Source: the human T2T-CHM13v2.0 reference genome, Homo sapiens
Length of the DNA stretch: 64,000 nucleotides
Direction: 5' to 3' (one strand)
Assembly (NCBI RefSeq): GCF_009914755.1
Contig: NC_060940.1
In this document: one piece after another, positions 50,806 through 64,000 of the stretch
Layout: each line of letters begins with the position of its first letter
Numbering within the stretch: the first letter of the stretch is position 1
The notes under the pieces: generated by a model
Database searches by the model: none
Seen by the model: only the letters and a program-made list of their open reading frames with translations
What the model was told of the DNA's origin: nothing
Position numbers and translations under genes: made by a program

Positions 50806-52499
50806 ATCAGGATCTTTTGATTGTCAATTTTTCCTTTCATCTCACCTAGAAAAACACTTCATCTCTTTTGTCATCTATTGTTGAAACTCATATGCATAGT
50901 ATCAATGTGTACATTTTTACATCAGGCTTTTTTCTTTCAATCTGTCAGATTCGTTTGTCTTGTTAAGTGTACTAGTAGTTCATTCCTTGTATTGTTACAC
51001 AGTATTTCACTGCATAAAAATATTATAACTTATTTTTCCATTTTCCACTTGACAGTCATTTTGTAAATTTCAATTTTATGTCTAGTAGTTTCTTTGTTTA
51101 CCATTTTGTATTTTTGTAGTGTTCCCTCTGGTTACTACAGTATTTGTTTTTAACTTTTTTTTGTCTACCTTAAACTAGGATGTAGGAACCAGGACTTTAC
51201 ATCACAGGCAGTTTAAGAATCTCAAAACAGTTTAACTTTATTTACCCTTATACTGCCATTTTGGCCATTGTTCTGATATACTTTATTTTTATGATTGTCA
51301 GAATCTAATAGAAATTCCTGTAGTTGCATTGAATTTCCTTTTCAGGTTTCTTCATTCCTCCTGAAATTTTGTTTTTCCATCAAATATTATTTTTCTCCAA
51401 CATGAAGACCTGTAGTATTTCTTGTTGTGTGTTGTGTGCTGTTGTCAGTTTTTTTTTCAGTCTTTATTTGGAAAATATATTTACTTTAGAAGAGTATCCT
51501 TGAAGGATTTAGAATTTTCTGGTTGCCTTTTTAATTTTTTAAAATGTCATTCCATTTTGATTTTCTCATTTACGAATTACCTGTTTAAAATTTGCCCACT
51601 GTCTTCTGATTTTCATAGTTTTTATCAAAATGTTTGCTGTCAGTTTTGCTGTTGAGACCACCTAGTTTTTTTAAATTAGTTTATATAATTTATCTTCATG
51701 CTAGGTACAAATGGGACAATTTCATATTGTGTTAAGGAAAAATTTCTTTCTATGCTAGGAATAGGAATTCTTTGTCTGACATGTATTCTGGATATCTTCT
51801 CCCACTCGGGGTTGCATTTTTTTTCTTTCTATCTTTTGATAAAGATGAGTTCTTAATTTTAATAGAGCACGATTAATATAATTTGTGTCCTGTTTAAGAA
51901 GTCTTTGCCTATTTTGAGGTTATGAAGAAAAACTTCTTAGGGCACTTTCTAAAAATTTTTTGCCTAAGATGGATTCTCTTTACACTTAAGGTGGCAATAA
52001 ATCTCAATATAATAAACCTAAAACACTTTATTGAAATTATTATTTTTCTACCAACTTTGTCATGAATCAAGTGTCTGTATACATGTAAATCTATTTCTGA
52101 ACTCTCTCTTTTGTTCTGTTCATGCATTTGAAAATCCTTACACCTGTGTCACACTGCCTTAACTAGAAATACTGAAAATTTGCTATATTGAACTTGTAAC
52201 ATGTCTCTAAAACTATGTTTCTATTTGTATTTTTCTGTGTATATAATTGTTTACTTTATTACTGGAAGAACTTTTAAAAATATTGAATAAAATTGGAGAT
52301 AACAAGAATCCTTATCTCAGTCTTAGTTTTTTAGCTGAAAACTTTCCATATTTCACCACTAAGCATGATGTTTGCTGTAGATATTTGTAGGTAAACATTG
52401 TTTTTAGCATTTAGAAAATTCCATTCTATTTCTAGGTGGCCAAGAGTTTTTTATCATGCTTTTCTGCATCTACTAATATGATCATATGATCATCTCTTG

Positions 52500-52732
52500 T
52501 TTTTATTTATTTTTTCCTTTCCCTCCCAGGCTCAAGCAATTCTCCTTCCTCAGCCTCCCGAGTAGCTGGGATTAAAAGCATGTGCCAACACGCCCAGCTA
52601 ATTTTTGTATTTGTAGTAGAAATGGGGTATCACCATATTGGTCAGGCTGGCCTTGAACACCTGATCTAGTGATCCACCTGCCTCAGCCTCCCAAAGTGCT
52701 GGGATTGCAGGTGTGAGCCACTGTGCTCGGCT
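52500..52732 (-). mobile_element. Alu with internal 3' deletion; only in unit B
   Basis: TSD ATCTCTTG on both sides; empty site at ~46895 in unit A. Confidence 0.93.
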
Positions 52733-54183
52733 ATCTCTTGGTTTTTAAAACTATTTATTGTTACCTTTATTTCCACATTTCAGAAAGTGTTCTCATGGTT
52801 TTCATGGCTTAGTCTTTTTCCAAACCTGTTAAAAGGCAATTTACCCACAGATTCTGTTCTTGATTATTTTCTTTCCTCAGTTCTCTCACAACCTTCTGAT
52901 TCACTCTTGATGGGCTTGAACACCACTAAATTATAAATGTCTCTCTAATCTTTATTTTCATTATTGATATCCATATTATGCTTCAAATTTAGTATATTTA
53001 AGACCTATCTTTCTGGAATACTGTTTCATCTATTTTTCCCTGATTTTCCTGGCTTACTTTGTGACTGCAGTATCTGGGCCACTGTTCATGAGGGTCACCT
53101 GAGGAAACACTTTTCCCCTCCATGAATTGGTGCCCACATTTTGTTGCTGTGTGTCTCCTATTGCTAGTGCCCTATTTTCATCCCAGTTTCAACTACAGTG
53201 GTTTATGTAAATGGTCTTGTTTTATGCTTTATCTGTCCCCTCCCTTTCTCAAGATAATTGCTTCTATAGAGAAAAATCTGGCAACATAATTTCATTCTAT
53301 GTTCACATCTCACATTCTGCTCTCCATTTTCCATAGCGGTGATCCCTAGAAGAGGCATACACTTAGAAGATGTACAGAAAAATCAAACTGGATATCTTCT
53401 CTTATACACTCTACTGACATTTCAAGTATAATATTTCAAAAATCTTTCCATTTTCTACACATTCTTACCATCTCTGAATTAAAGGAAAAGAACCCAGAAT
53501 ATGTATTGCAATGAAGTAAAATATTAGGCTGTTTTCTTCACTTCAAAATGCAAATAAGAATTAAATTAGAATTTATAAGTGAATTTATTATTTATTTTTA
53601 TAATTTGTAAATATAAATCGTTATGCTGAATAAGATTCTAAAAAATAGTAAATGATCAAATGTTTGGATACTGTTGGTCTATAATTGCTCTGTGGCCCAT
53701 TCACTGAATACTTTTCTGGCCCTTGTCTCATGACAGCACCAGGCCATATTCTTATCTCCTGTGCTGTTTTCCCTTTTGCTGATTTCTTATGTGTTGGAGG
53801 CCCCATCCTTTGCCTGTACCATGGCCCTGTGCTTATGAAGGGCACAGCATAGTAATACTTCAACCAACAGCTGTGCTTCCTCAGTGAAGCTCAAACAGAA
53901 CCTACGTTCTTACTTATTTATAGAACTAGCCAACCTTCTGTGTATTTTCACCATTGAAATATATTTTCTTACCAGATTATATGCTCCATGAATACAAGAA
54001 GGGGAGCAATCTTGGTATTTCCAGCAATTATAATAGTTTCAGGTATATTGTGCAGAGTTGATAATTTTTTGCCTCTAAGTGAATACATAGAAGTAGCACT
54101 AGACATATAAACAGACGTTTATGTACATTAAATGTTCTGTGGTTTTACAGGCTACCAAAGAAATTAAAGCAAGATGAGATTGA

Positions 54184-54494
<311 letters not shown>

Positions 54495-54509
54495 TGAATG
54501 AACTTCTTT

Positions 54510-55010
54510 AAGGAAGAGTCATGGGAAACCTTACTGAGTTCAACAGACCAGCAGAAATTTGACTGAAATGACTGTGAGCTATGAGGATTCTGCCTCTTTT
54601 CAGCAGGGGCAACAGCAGTTGCTAGGCATGAGGAGGAATGCGCTTGGTGGTTTTGAGGAATAACAAAAAAGTCACAGTGGGTGAAGGGAAGGGGTTGACA
54701 AGAGGAGGCAGGAGGTGACGTCAGGGAGGCAGTAGACTCCAAAGGTGAGCCTATCATAAGCCTTATTCAGTAAATTTATTTTATTCTTAATTTAGTAGTA
54801 GATTTTCAGCAAATGAGCAACATTTGATTTATGTTTGTATGAGATCTTTCTCACTTTTGTTGAGAAAATATTAGGCAGGGCATAAATGCATAGAGAACTC
54901 ATTAAGGAGCTGTGGTGATTTTCCTCCTGAGTGATTGTGGTGGCTTAGACAAATCTGGAGGGCACAGAGGGAATGAGATGAGGTTTGATTCTCTCAATAT
55001 TTAGAAAGTG
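54510..55010 (-). mobile_element. L2 fragment
   Basis: Decayed similarity to the L2 3' region (GATTTTATG, TTAAGGAGCTGTGGTGA, GGTGGCTTAGAC). Confidence 0.55.
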
Positions 55011-55019
55011 GGGCAACAA

Positions 55020-56886
55020 CAAAAGAACTAACATTTGTAATATCAAAGTGCCAGAATGAAATGAGAGGGGTATTTAAAATATTTGAACAAATAATGGTGG
55101 AAAATTTCCCAAATTTAGCAAAAGTTAAACTACACATTCAAGAATCTGAGCTAACATCAAATAAGATAATTTCAAATAAATCCATGGTGGAGGCAAATCA
55201 TAAATAAATTTTTGAAAACTAAAGACAAAACAAAATCTTCAGAGTAGCCCGAGATAAACAACACATTCCCTACAAAAAAAGAATTGCGGATTTCTCATCT
55301 GAATTCATGGTGGCCAGAAGGAGGTAGGACATTTTCTCAAGTACTGAAAGAAAAAAACTATAAAAAAATCTCTGTCTTTTGAAACTATATTCATCAACAA
55401 AGGGAAATGAAAAGCTTATCAGACAGAAAAACTAAGAGAAAATGTTGCTAGCAAATCTAAGTTTAAAAAGATTGCTAGAGAAACTTCTCTAACTAGAAAG
55501 AATATAACACAAGAAGGCTTAGAACACAGGAAAGAAAATATTGGAAGTTGGCAAAAACAGTCATAAATGTAATAGAATCTGTTTCTCAGGAGTTTTTGAA
55601 ATCATATTTGATGTTTGGAAAAAAATGCTCTGTATTTAGAGGAAATACTTAACATAATTCTATTTAAAAATGGGGGATGGTAAAGGGATCTAAGTAGAAT
55701 GAAAGTTTCTACATTTCACTTGAAATGGTAAAATGCTGACTAATAGACTGTGAGAAGTTACATATGTACACTTTAATATCTAGAACTACCACTAAGAAAA
55801 TGATAAAAAGTAGTGTGCTTAGAAACACTATAAATAAACCAAGATGGAATCTAAAAAATGTAAAATATAACCAATAAGAAAATGGTAATAGATTAATGAA
55901 AAACTGAGAAAACAAAACAAATAAAATAGCAGCCTAACATAGCAATATTTATCTTAAATGTAAATAATCAAAGTACATGAATTTAAATGCAAATTGACAG
56001 AGTGGAAAGAACAAGAAACATGATGCTAAAATTTGTTATTTATAGAAAACTCATAAGGTGGTTAACAACATAGGTTGATAAAGAATAGAAAAAGATACAA
56101 CATACAAACATTAATCAAATCAAAGTAAGAGTGGCCCCATTGATATCACATAAAGACAACTTTAGAGCAAAGAAAATTAGTGGACAAAAAGATCACTATA
56201 TAATGATAAAAACATCAATCCAACAAAAATTAAGTTATCCTAAATATGTCCCCATCAAACAAAAGAACACTAAAGTACACAAACTAAAACTGACTGAGCT
56301 GAAAGGAGAAATATGCACATTTTTAATTATAAAATAACAAAGTTGTAAGTCTGACCACCTCACTCTCAGCAACTAGTAGAATCACTAGGTGTTAAATTAC
56401 TAGCAGATACAGAACAGGAGAGCACCATCAAGCAACAAGGTAGAAGCAACATTTATGGAACAGTGCCCAACAGCAGAGAATATACTTTTTCTCAAGCGCT
56501 CATGGACTATTGAGAAAGATAAGCCATATCCTGGGCCATAAACAAACCTCATCACTGAGGTGTTAAAAGAACTGAAATTATTTTGTGTATGTTTTCTGGT
56601 CATAATTGAATGAATCAAACTATATATTAGTAGTAAAAAGACAACAGCAAAATATCCAACCACTTGGAAATGAAACAACAGACTTCTAAATAATGCCTCG
56701 ATTGAAAAAAAAGCCGCCAGTTTTTAAAATTCATGGAACTGAATGAAAATGATAACATCAATATATGTGGGAGGCCACTAAAGCCCTGCCAATAGGGAAA
56801 TTAACAGCACTAAATGCTAACCTCAGAAAAGAGAAAAGGCCTCAAAATGATAATTAATTTACTACCTCAAGAACTAAAAAAACAAG
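55020..56886 (+). mobile_element. Old L1M, ORF1 to ORF2 endonuclease part
   Basis: AATAATGGTGGAAAATTTCCCAAATTT, GGATTTCTCATCTGAA...GGCCAGAAG and CAACAGCAGAGAATATACTTTTTCTCAAG are L1 motifs. Confidence 0.9.
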
Positions 56887-57523
56887 GAGGGAAGGGACAA
56901 GGCCATGGCTGATCCCAGAGAGGCAGTGGCAGGCACCAAGACATAGAGAGTGGTTGGTGCACACCCTGAGTGCATCGCAACCCCTGTGTGCCAAGCCGTG
57001 AACCTAGGCAGCCAGAACAGAAGCTGGTGCCAGTTGTGCCAACTATAACAAGGACACGTCACTAGCTGTGGGTAGTAAGTCCAGTTATAAAACTTCCTCC
57101 CTTCCACTCCAGCCTGGACGACAGAGCGAGACTCTACCTCAAAAAAAAAAAAAAAAAACAAACAAACAAAAAAAATTTTCTCTCTTCTTCTGTTGGAGCA
57201 GATCTCTGAATGCACTGATACTGAAGATGCCTCCATTGTATAAAATTGTTCTCAAGCACCTTAGTGGCCATTTTGAGCCTCAAAGCTCCAAGGAAGCTAA
57301 AGGTTTGCCACTTTAAGAATGGAACTAAGATCTGCAACTACAGCTACTCCAAGAAGATAGTGGCCATGGACCTCCACAGGCAAAGGCCAATAGTGTGCCT
57401 GGGAGATCCCTTGCACTTCTGCAACATTTAAGACTTGAAGATATTGGCTGGGATCTGGAGACAGTCCAAGCCCTGCAGGCTTGTGTGCACTCTCAATAAG
57501 CAATGAAAACTGTTACTTGGCCT
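56887..57523 (+). pseudogene. WIPI2: Processed pseudogene of WIPI2, 5' portion only
   Basis: Start codon decayed to GTG (56998). Translations [74 protein letters not shown] and PAGLCALSISNENCYLA are colinear with WIPI2 across exon junctions. Confidence 0.93.
57105..57171 (+). mobile_element. Severely 5'-truncated Alu inside the WIPI2 copy
   Basis: CACTCCAGCCTGGACGACAGAGCGAGACTC plus poly-A. 16-bp imperfect TSD AAAACTTCCTCCCTTC / AAAATTTTCTCTCTTC. Confidence 0.92.
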
Positions 57524-59249
57524 AGGCAGAGAGTGCTGTGTCTTTTCTGTTTTAAATTTACACAATTTATTCAGCAAAATAATGAGAGATTGTGTTTGCA
57601 AGTTTCAGTATTTGCCTAGCTTCCCTTTTCATTTTGCAGAATTAGAACAACCTCAAATATTTCAAACACTGCGTTCCAAACCAAGGCATATAGCAGTTAA
57701 AGTTCTGAGAGCAATTAAGTGGAGTTAATTTCATGAAAGATTATTTTATATTTTTTGGAGTGGTGAAACTTAAGAATAGAAATGAAGAGGTAAAAATATT
57801 GTATTTGCCCTGCCATTTCAGGATTCCAGGTTTTTGAACAGAGGAAGGGTGAGAGATATCTGTTTCTGGGTCATTGTGCCATGGTCACACCTGTTGAATA
57901 GCTTCCAAAGTCAACTGACCATCTGCAGTGAAACGCCCTGAATTCCTGGGTTGGCTTTACAGTAAGCCCCTAAATGCTGGGAGCATGTAGAGTCAGTCCT
58001 CACTGTGCAGACTTCTCTAGAGGAGCTAGTGTGTAGATTGTATGGCTATTAGGCAGAGGGAAAAGATGAGAAGAATAAACTTTTTTAAAAAATATCTTAC
58101 ATGTCCACCCTGGACCCTCCATCAGATGGGATCCCAGTCATTCCCAGTCTTGGGTGTGCGCTGAGGTGGAGGAGGCTGCTATTTACCAGAGAGCAAGAAG
58201 GGCCATGGCAGGACACAGCCTTGACCTGCCGCGCAGGTTCGTGGCGCAAGCTCACAGGGGCCTCTCTCTGTCCCCTAGAACCCAGCTTTGGACTCCATCT
58301 CTGAGGAGGGATATTTGGCTAGAGTAAGTGTTAATGGGGAAAAGAAATTGTCAACAGGTACATGATAGATTTAGATCCCTGAGCTAGGGTTTCCTAATAA
58401 TTGAAGAGAGAGTTGCACTTCAAGTTCTGTGATAAGATATTAGTTTTTGTGCCTGCCTGTTGACTTTTACACTTGTGGTGATTTGGAAACTCAAATTTAC
58501 TTTGCCAGGTTTCTTTCATCTTTCTTTGGGATTGGTAGCTCTATAATATGTTGGCAATTGGCTTCCTTCTTTCAGCCTCAGTTTTCTGTACTTTAAGATG
58601 AGGCAGTTTAGAAGGGTGGCCTCTGATGTCCCGGAACCATTGGCCCCTGCTCCCCGATGGGTGACCATGGCAAGGCTTGGCACTTTCACTTCCAGACACA
58701 GAAAGTCCTGTGCTTGCCTGGGTAGAGCCTAATTTGAGCACCCCATAGAGGTAGGAAGACTAAGGATTCTTGGTTGAGAGAAATGAAAAGAGTTTATGTG
58801 TGTTTGCTGACTAGCCTTTGTGGGAGAATTACTCACGTCTGTTTTTCCTTTTCTTATTTCATTGCCATGAGCACCTCTTTCTCTTGCCTTATGTTTTAAC
58901 CTGCCTGAGCCACAGCAAGTCCCAGCCACACTGGCAGGTCCCAGGCATGTGCAGAACCGGGGGGTAGGCAGGGAGAGCTAGAAGTACTGAGTGGGCCATT
59001 AGTAGAACTGTTACTGCCACACCAGGAACCTAGATATAAAGGGGCCCTGAACCAAACAGAACATGTGTACTGATTTGCTTAACTCCGAACTGTACATCAA
59101 AATTAATTTTTAACTATATTATACTGTTTCTAAACTCCAAAAGTGATTATAGGGGTGACAGCATAAGAATCAAAACCAGGAAAAGTATTCAATGGACTCT
59201 GTGAATTGGGATCAAACCTTTTGTATTTTCTAAAATGATGGAATCAGGA

Positions 59250-59468
59250 GTTGGATTGAAACTGGAGTCAAAAAGAACTGAATGTAGTCCTGGATGCCAC
59301 CATCTGACTAGGTGTGTGAACAGGGTATGTCACCAGGGAGACTCAGATTTCTGGATTGTTCAGCAGGAATCATCTCTACCTCAAAGCACTGTTGTGAGGT
59401 ATATGCGCATGTGTCCTACAAGCATCCAGCTCAGTGTCTGGCTGGCAGTGGGCACCTAATAAGTGACC
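59250..59468 (+). mobile_element. MIR
   Basis: CTGGAGTCA...GTCCTGG...ACTAGGTGTGTGA...TCTACCTCAAAGCACTGTTGTGAGG...CAGTGTCTGGC...TAATAAGTG follows the MIR layout. Confidence 0.7.
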
Positions 59469-59499
59469 TAATAAGTGGTAAAACAACAACAAAAAAAGA

Positions 59500-61094
59500 A
59501 AACAGAAAAGAACAAAATAAAACCTCTGCAAGGAGAGGAAAGAAAATTTTATAAGCTAAGAGCAGAAATCAGTAAAATGGGAAAACACTAGATAAACCTA
59601 ATGAAACACAATCTTCATTTAAAAAAATAAAATTGGTAAACCTCCAGCAATATTGACAAAAATATAAAAGAAGAAGACAAATCACCAATATCAGGAAAGA
59701 AACAAGGAATATCATGCTAACATCCATTAACAGGATAATAATTGAATATCATCAACAACTTTGTGTTCATAAAGTTGCAACTTAGAAGAAATGTACCAAT
59801 TCTTCAGAAACCACAGACTATCAAAATTCAATCAGGGTGACACAGATTATTTGAATGATTCATAAATTGTCATAGAGGTTGATATGGTTAATTCAAGCTA
59901 AAGAAATTAAATTTTAATTATCTCACTGAAAAAAGCTATCTCCTAGCCCAAGAAGTTTGCAGTCTTTGCTGGAAAATTCTATCAAACATTTAATAAGGAA
60001 TTCAAGATGATTTCAGTGTTTTCAGAACATATTGTTAAAATTATTTTTACACCAAAACCATAGAAAGACAGTATAAAAATCATAACAAAACTACAGGCCT
60101 ATGTCTCCTATATATTTAGTAGCAAAAAGCCTTACCAAAATACTCATAAATAGAAAGTAGTCACGTGTAAAAATTATCATACACCCTGACCAAGTGGGAT
60201 TTACTTGAGGCATGCAAGCAAAATGGTTCAACATTCAAGAATCAATCCACGTAATTAATCCACCATAGGCTAAAGAAGAAAAAATCATATATCAGTTTGT
60301 GTAGAAAAAGTGTTTGATAAAATGCGACTTCCATCTGTGATAAAAACTTGCCAAATTAGAAATAGAGAGGAACTTCTCTACTTGATAAATGAATATCTAC
60401 AAAATATCTACAGCAAATATTAGACTGGCTGGTAAGAGACTGAATAATTTCCCTGTAAAATTGAGGTGGAGGCTAAGAAGTTTGCTCTCACCACTCCTAC
60501 TCAGTATAGTACTGTAACTTCTAAGAAGCCCAATAAAGCAAGAAAAAGAGATGGAAGGCATACAGATTGAGAGAATAAATAAAACTGTCCATATTTACAT
60601 ATGACATAATTTCATTTGTATAAAATTCCAAGGAATTTTACAAAACAAAACCTCCCAGAACCAGTGAATGCTTTCCACAAAGTTTCAGAATCCAAGATAA
60701 ACACATATATAATCAATCCATCTCTCTCCACTAACAATGTAGGAATGGAAATCCAAATTAAAAACAAAAAACCACTAATAATAATTCCATAGAAAATGAA
60801 ATATTTTCATATAAATTAAACAAAATATGTATAGGACCTTTGTGCTGAAAATTACAAAATGCTGATGAAAGAAAGAAAAGAAAAGTGAAAAAATGAAGAT
60901 ATGTGGTTTCTTGATGGATTGAAAGACTCATGGTAAATATGTCAGTTCTCACCGATGTGATTTATAGGTTTATTGGCATTCCTGTCAAAATCCCAATAAG
61001 GTATTTTAGCCCAAAATAACCTTATTTCAAAATTTGAATAAACAGGCAAAGGAACTAGAGAGATCTGAAAAAATTTTAAAAGAAAGAATAGTAT
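59500..61094 (+). mobile_element. Continuation of the old L1M ORF2
   Basis: Resumes with GAACAAAATAAAACC...AGAGCAGAAATCAGTAAAATGG where the 55020-56886 piece stopped. RT-region motif GACCAAGTGGGATTTAC. Confidence 0.9.
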
Positions 61095-62633
61095 CTAGTT
61101 CTTTTAATTGTGATGTTAGGGTGTCAATTTTAGATTTTTCCTGCTTTCTCTCGTGGGCATTTAGTGCTATAAATTTCCCTCTACACACTGCTTTGAATGT
61201 GTCCCAGAGATTCTGGTATGTTGTGTCTTTGTTCTTGTTGGTTTCAAAGAACATCTTTATTTCTGCCTTCATTACGTTATATACCCAGTAGTCATTCAGG
61301 AGCAGGCTGTTCAGTTTCCATGAAGTTGAGCGGTTTTGAGTGAGTTTCTTAATCCTGAGTTCTAGTTTGATTGCACTGTGGTCTGAGAGACAGTTTGTTA
61401 TAATTTCTGTTCTTTTACATTTGCTGATGTGTGCACTGGATCCCTTCCTTACACCTTAACAAAAATTAATTCCAGATGGATTGAAGACTTAAATGTTAGA
61501 CCTAAAACCATAAAAACCCTAGAAGAAAACCTAGGCAATACCATTCAGGACATAGGCATGGGCAAGGACTTCATCTCTAAAACACCAAAAGCAATGGCAG
61601 CAAAAGCCAAAATTGACAAATCGTATCTAATTAAACTAAAGAGCTTCTGCACAGCAAAAGAAACTATAAACAGAGTGAACAGGCAACCTACAGAATGGGA
61701 GAAAATTTTTGCCATCTACTCATCTGACAAAGGGCTAATATCTAGAATCTACAATGAACTCCAACAAATTTACAAGATAGATAAAAACAAACAACCCCAT
61801 CAAAAAGTGGGTGAAGGATATGAACAGACAGTTCTCAAAAGAAGACATTTATGCAGCCAAAAGACACATGAAAAAATGCTCATCATCACTGGTCATCAGA
61901 GAAATGCAGATCAAAACCACAATGAGATACCATCTCATACCAGTTAGAATGGCTATCATTAAAAAGTCAGGAAACAACAGGTGCTGGAGAGGATGTGGAG
62001 AAATAGGAACAGTTTTACACTGTTGGTGGGACTGTAAACTAGTTCAACCATTGTGGAAGTCAGTGTGGCGACTCCTCAGGGATCTAGAACTAGAAATACC
62101 ATTTGACCCAGCCATCCCATTACTGGGTATATACCCAAAGGATTACAAAACATGCTGGTATAAAGACACATGCACACATACGTTTATTGTGGCACTATTC
62201 ACAATAGCAAAGACTTGGAACCAACCCAAATGTCCAACAATGATAGACTGGATTAAGAAAATGTGGCATATATACACCATGGAATACTATGCAGCCATAA
62301 AAAATGATGAGTTCATGTCCTTTGTAGGGACATGGATGAAGCTGGAAACCATCATTCTCAGCAAACTATCGCAAGGACAGAAAACCAAACACCGCATGTT
62401 CTCACTCACAGGTGGGAATTGAACAATGAGAACACATGGACACAGGAAGGGGAACATCACACAGTGGGGCCTGCTGTGGGGTGGGGGGAGGGGGGAGGGA
62501 TAGCATTAGGAGATATACCTAATGCTAAATGATGAGTTAATGGGTGCAGCACACCAACATGGCACATGTATACATATGTAACAAACCTGCACATTGTGCA
62601 CATGTATCCTAAAACTTAAAGTATAATTGAAAA
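61095..62633 (+). mobile_element. 5'-inverted, truncated L1PA (inverted part 61095-~61428; sense part ~61435-62633)
   Basis: Minus strand [23 protein letters not shown] and plus strand ORF2 C-terminus ([18 protein letters not shown]...MFSLTGGN*). G-rich 3' UTR. TSD AAAAGAAAGAATAGTAT on both sides. Confidence 0.97.
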
Positions 62634-62689
62634 AAAGAAAGAATAGTATGAGGACTCATTGTATGGTGTAAGCCAGTGTGAAGGCTTAT

Positions 62690-63234
62690 AACATGTCCCC
62701 CCTTACCTGAGGTTTGTTTTCCACAGTTTCAATTACCTAAGGCCGACTGTAGTTCAAAAATATTAAATAGGAAATTCCAGAAATAAAAAATTCATGTTTT
62801 AAATTGCATGCTATTCTGAGTAGCATGGTGAAATTTTGCACATTCCTACTCCACCCCAACAGGGACATGAATCAGCCTGTGTCCAGCATACAAAGGTTGT
62901 ATATGCTACCCACCCACTAGTCACTTCGTAGCTGTCTTGGCTATCAGATGCACTGTCATGGTTTCGCAGTGCTTGTGTTCAAGTACCCTTTGTTTTACTT
63001 AATGATGGACCTAAAGTGCAAGTGTAGTGATGCGGGTGTATTGCTATAATTTTTCTGTTTTCTGAGGAGTTATTGCTGTTAATAGGCTGTACCATGCCTA
63101 ATTCATAAATTAAACTTTACCATAGGAATGTATATATAAAAAAACAGTACTTACAGGGCTCAATATTATATGAGGTTTCAGGCATCCACTGGGGGTCTTG
63201 GAATGCATGTCCCTTGCTTAACGCGGGATCACTG
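62690..63234 (+). mobile_element. MER44/Tigger7-type DNA transposon
   Basis: Decayed terminal inverted repeats GTCCCCCCTTA / GCGGGATCACTG(TA), and the internal motif GGTTTCAGGCATCCACTGGGGGTCTTGGAATG. Confidence 0.8.
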
Positions 63235-63344
63235 TATAAAATTACAATAGGAGAACAGGGTATTAAAATATACACGTTCATGGAATCCACACATAGAAAA
63301 ATGAAAAAGAATAGAGAAACCTAGAAATTGACTGAGAATTATGC

Positions 63345-63720
63345 TGTTATAGACTGTATGTTTGTGTCTCCCCCAAGTTTACATGTTGGAGTCTGTTTCC
63401 TCAATACGGTGGTGTTTGGAGATGGAGCCTTTGGGAGGTACTTAAGGTTAGATTAGTTCATGAAAGTCGGGCTCTTAAGATGAGATTAGTGCCTTATAGG
63501 AATAGGAAATGAGAGTTTGCTCTTTCTCCACATGCATGCACAGAGGAAAGGCCACGTGAACATGCAGTAACCATCTGCAAGCTGAGAAGAGGCCCTCACC
63601 TGCCCCTGGCCATGCTGGTATCCTGATACGAGACTTCCAGCCCCCAGACCTGTGAGAAAATAACTGTTGTTTAAGCCACACAGTATGTGGTATTTTGTTA
63701 TGGCAGCTGGAACGAAGACA
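63345..63720 (+). mobile_element. MaLR solo LTR (MLT1A-type)
   Basis: TGTTATAGACTGTATGTTTGTGTCTCCCCC...TTTAAGCCACACAGTATGTGGTATTTTGTTATGGCAGC...AAGACA. Confidence 0.87.
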
Positions 63721-63767
63721 CATTCCAAATGGATTGTTGACAAAAGTGCAAAAGAAATTCTGTGCAG

Positions 63768-64000
63768 AGCCAGGCTTGGTGATTCACACCTGTAATCCCA
63801 TCCTTTGGGGAGGCTGAGATGGGCAGATAGCTTGAGCTCATGGCGAAACCTTGTCTCTACTAAAAATACAAAAAATTAGCTAGGTGTGGTGGCCTGTGCC
63901 TATGGACACAGCTACTCAGGAGGCTGAGGTGGGAGGATCACTTGAAGCCAAGAGGTGGAGGTTGCAGTGAGCCAAGGTGATGCCACTGCCCTCCAGCCTG
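63768..64000 (+). mobile_element. Alu (old), runs off the window; small deletion in the left arm
   Basis: TGTAATCCCATCCTTTGGGGAGGCTGAG...CTAAAAATACAAAAAATTAGC...GGTTGCAGTGAGCC. Confidence 0.95.

Noticed and set aside
61811-62422. 203-aa ORF
   Set aside because: C-terminus of L1 ORF2 in a truncated copy with no promoter.

Overview
Primate (probably human or great-ape) pericentromeric DNA with no intact protein-coding gene. Bases 1-21.7 kb are a divergent monomeric alpha-satellite array with no CENP-B box that I could see. It carries a solo LTR22-type LTR and a half-deleted LTR5. It is followed by an SST1/NBL2 satellite fragment, an Alu and a PPP1R1A processed pseudogene. Two rearranged proviruses sit in old antisense L1 sequence: a tRNA-Phe HERVH48/HERV-Fb element (MER48 LTRs; env is a dead paralog of suppressyn) and a tRNA-Thr HERV-T/S71 element (LTR6A-like). 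Further right are an old ~5.8 kb tandem duplication, a 2.6 kb chimeric retro-insertion (WIPI2 5' exons fused to unrelated MIR-containing DNA) inside an L1, and a 5'-inverted L1PA. Family names come from recalled consensus and protein sequences, not from database searches. I found no convincing new biological system. The best leads are retroelement rearrangements and satellite-evolution signals.
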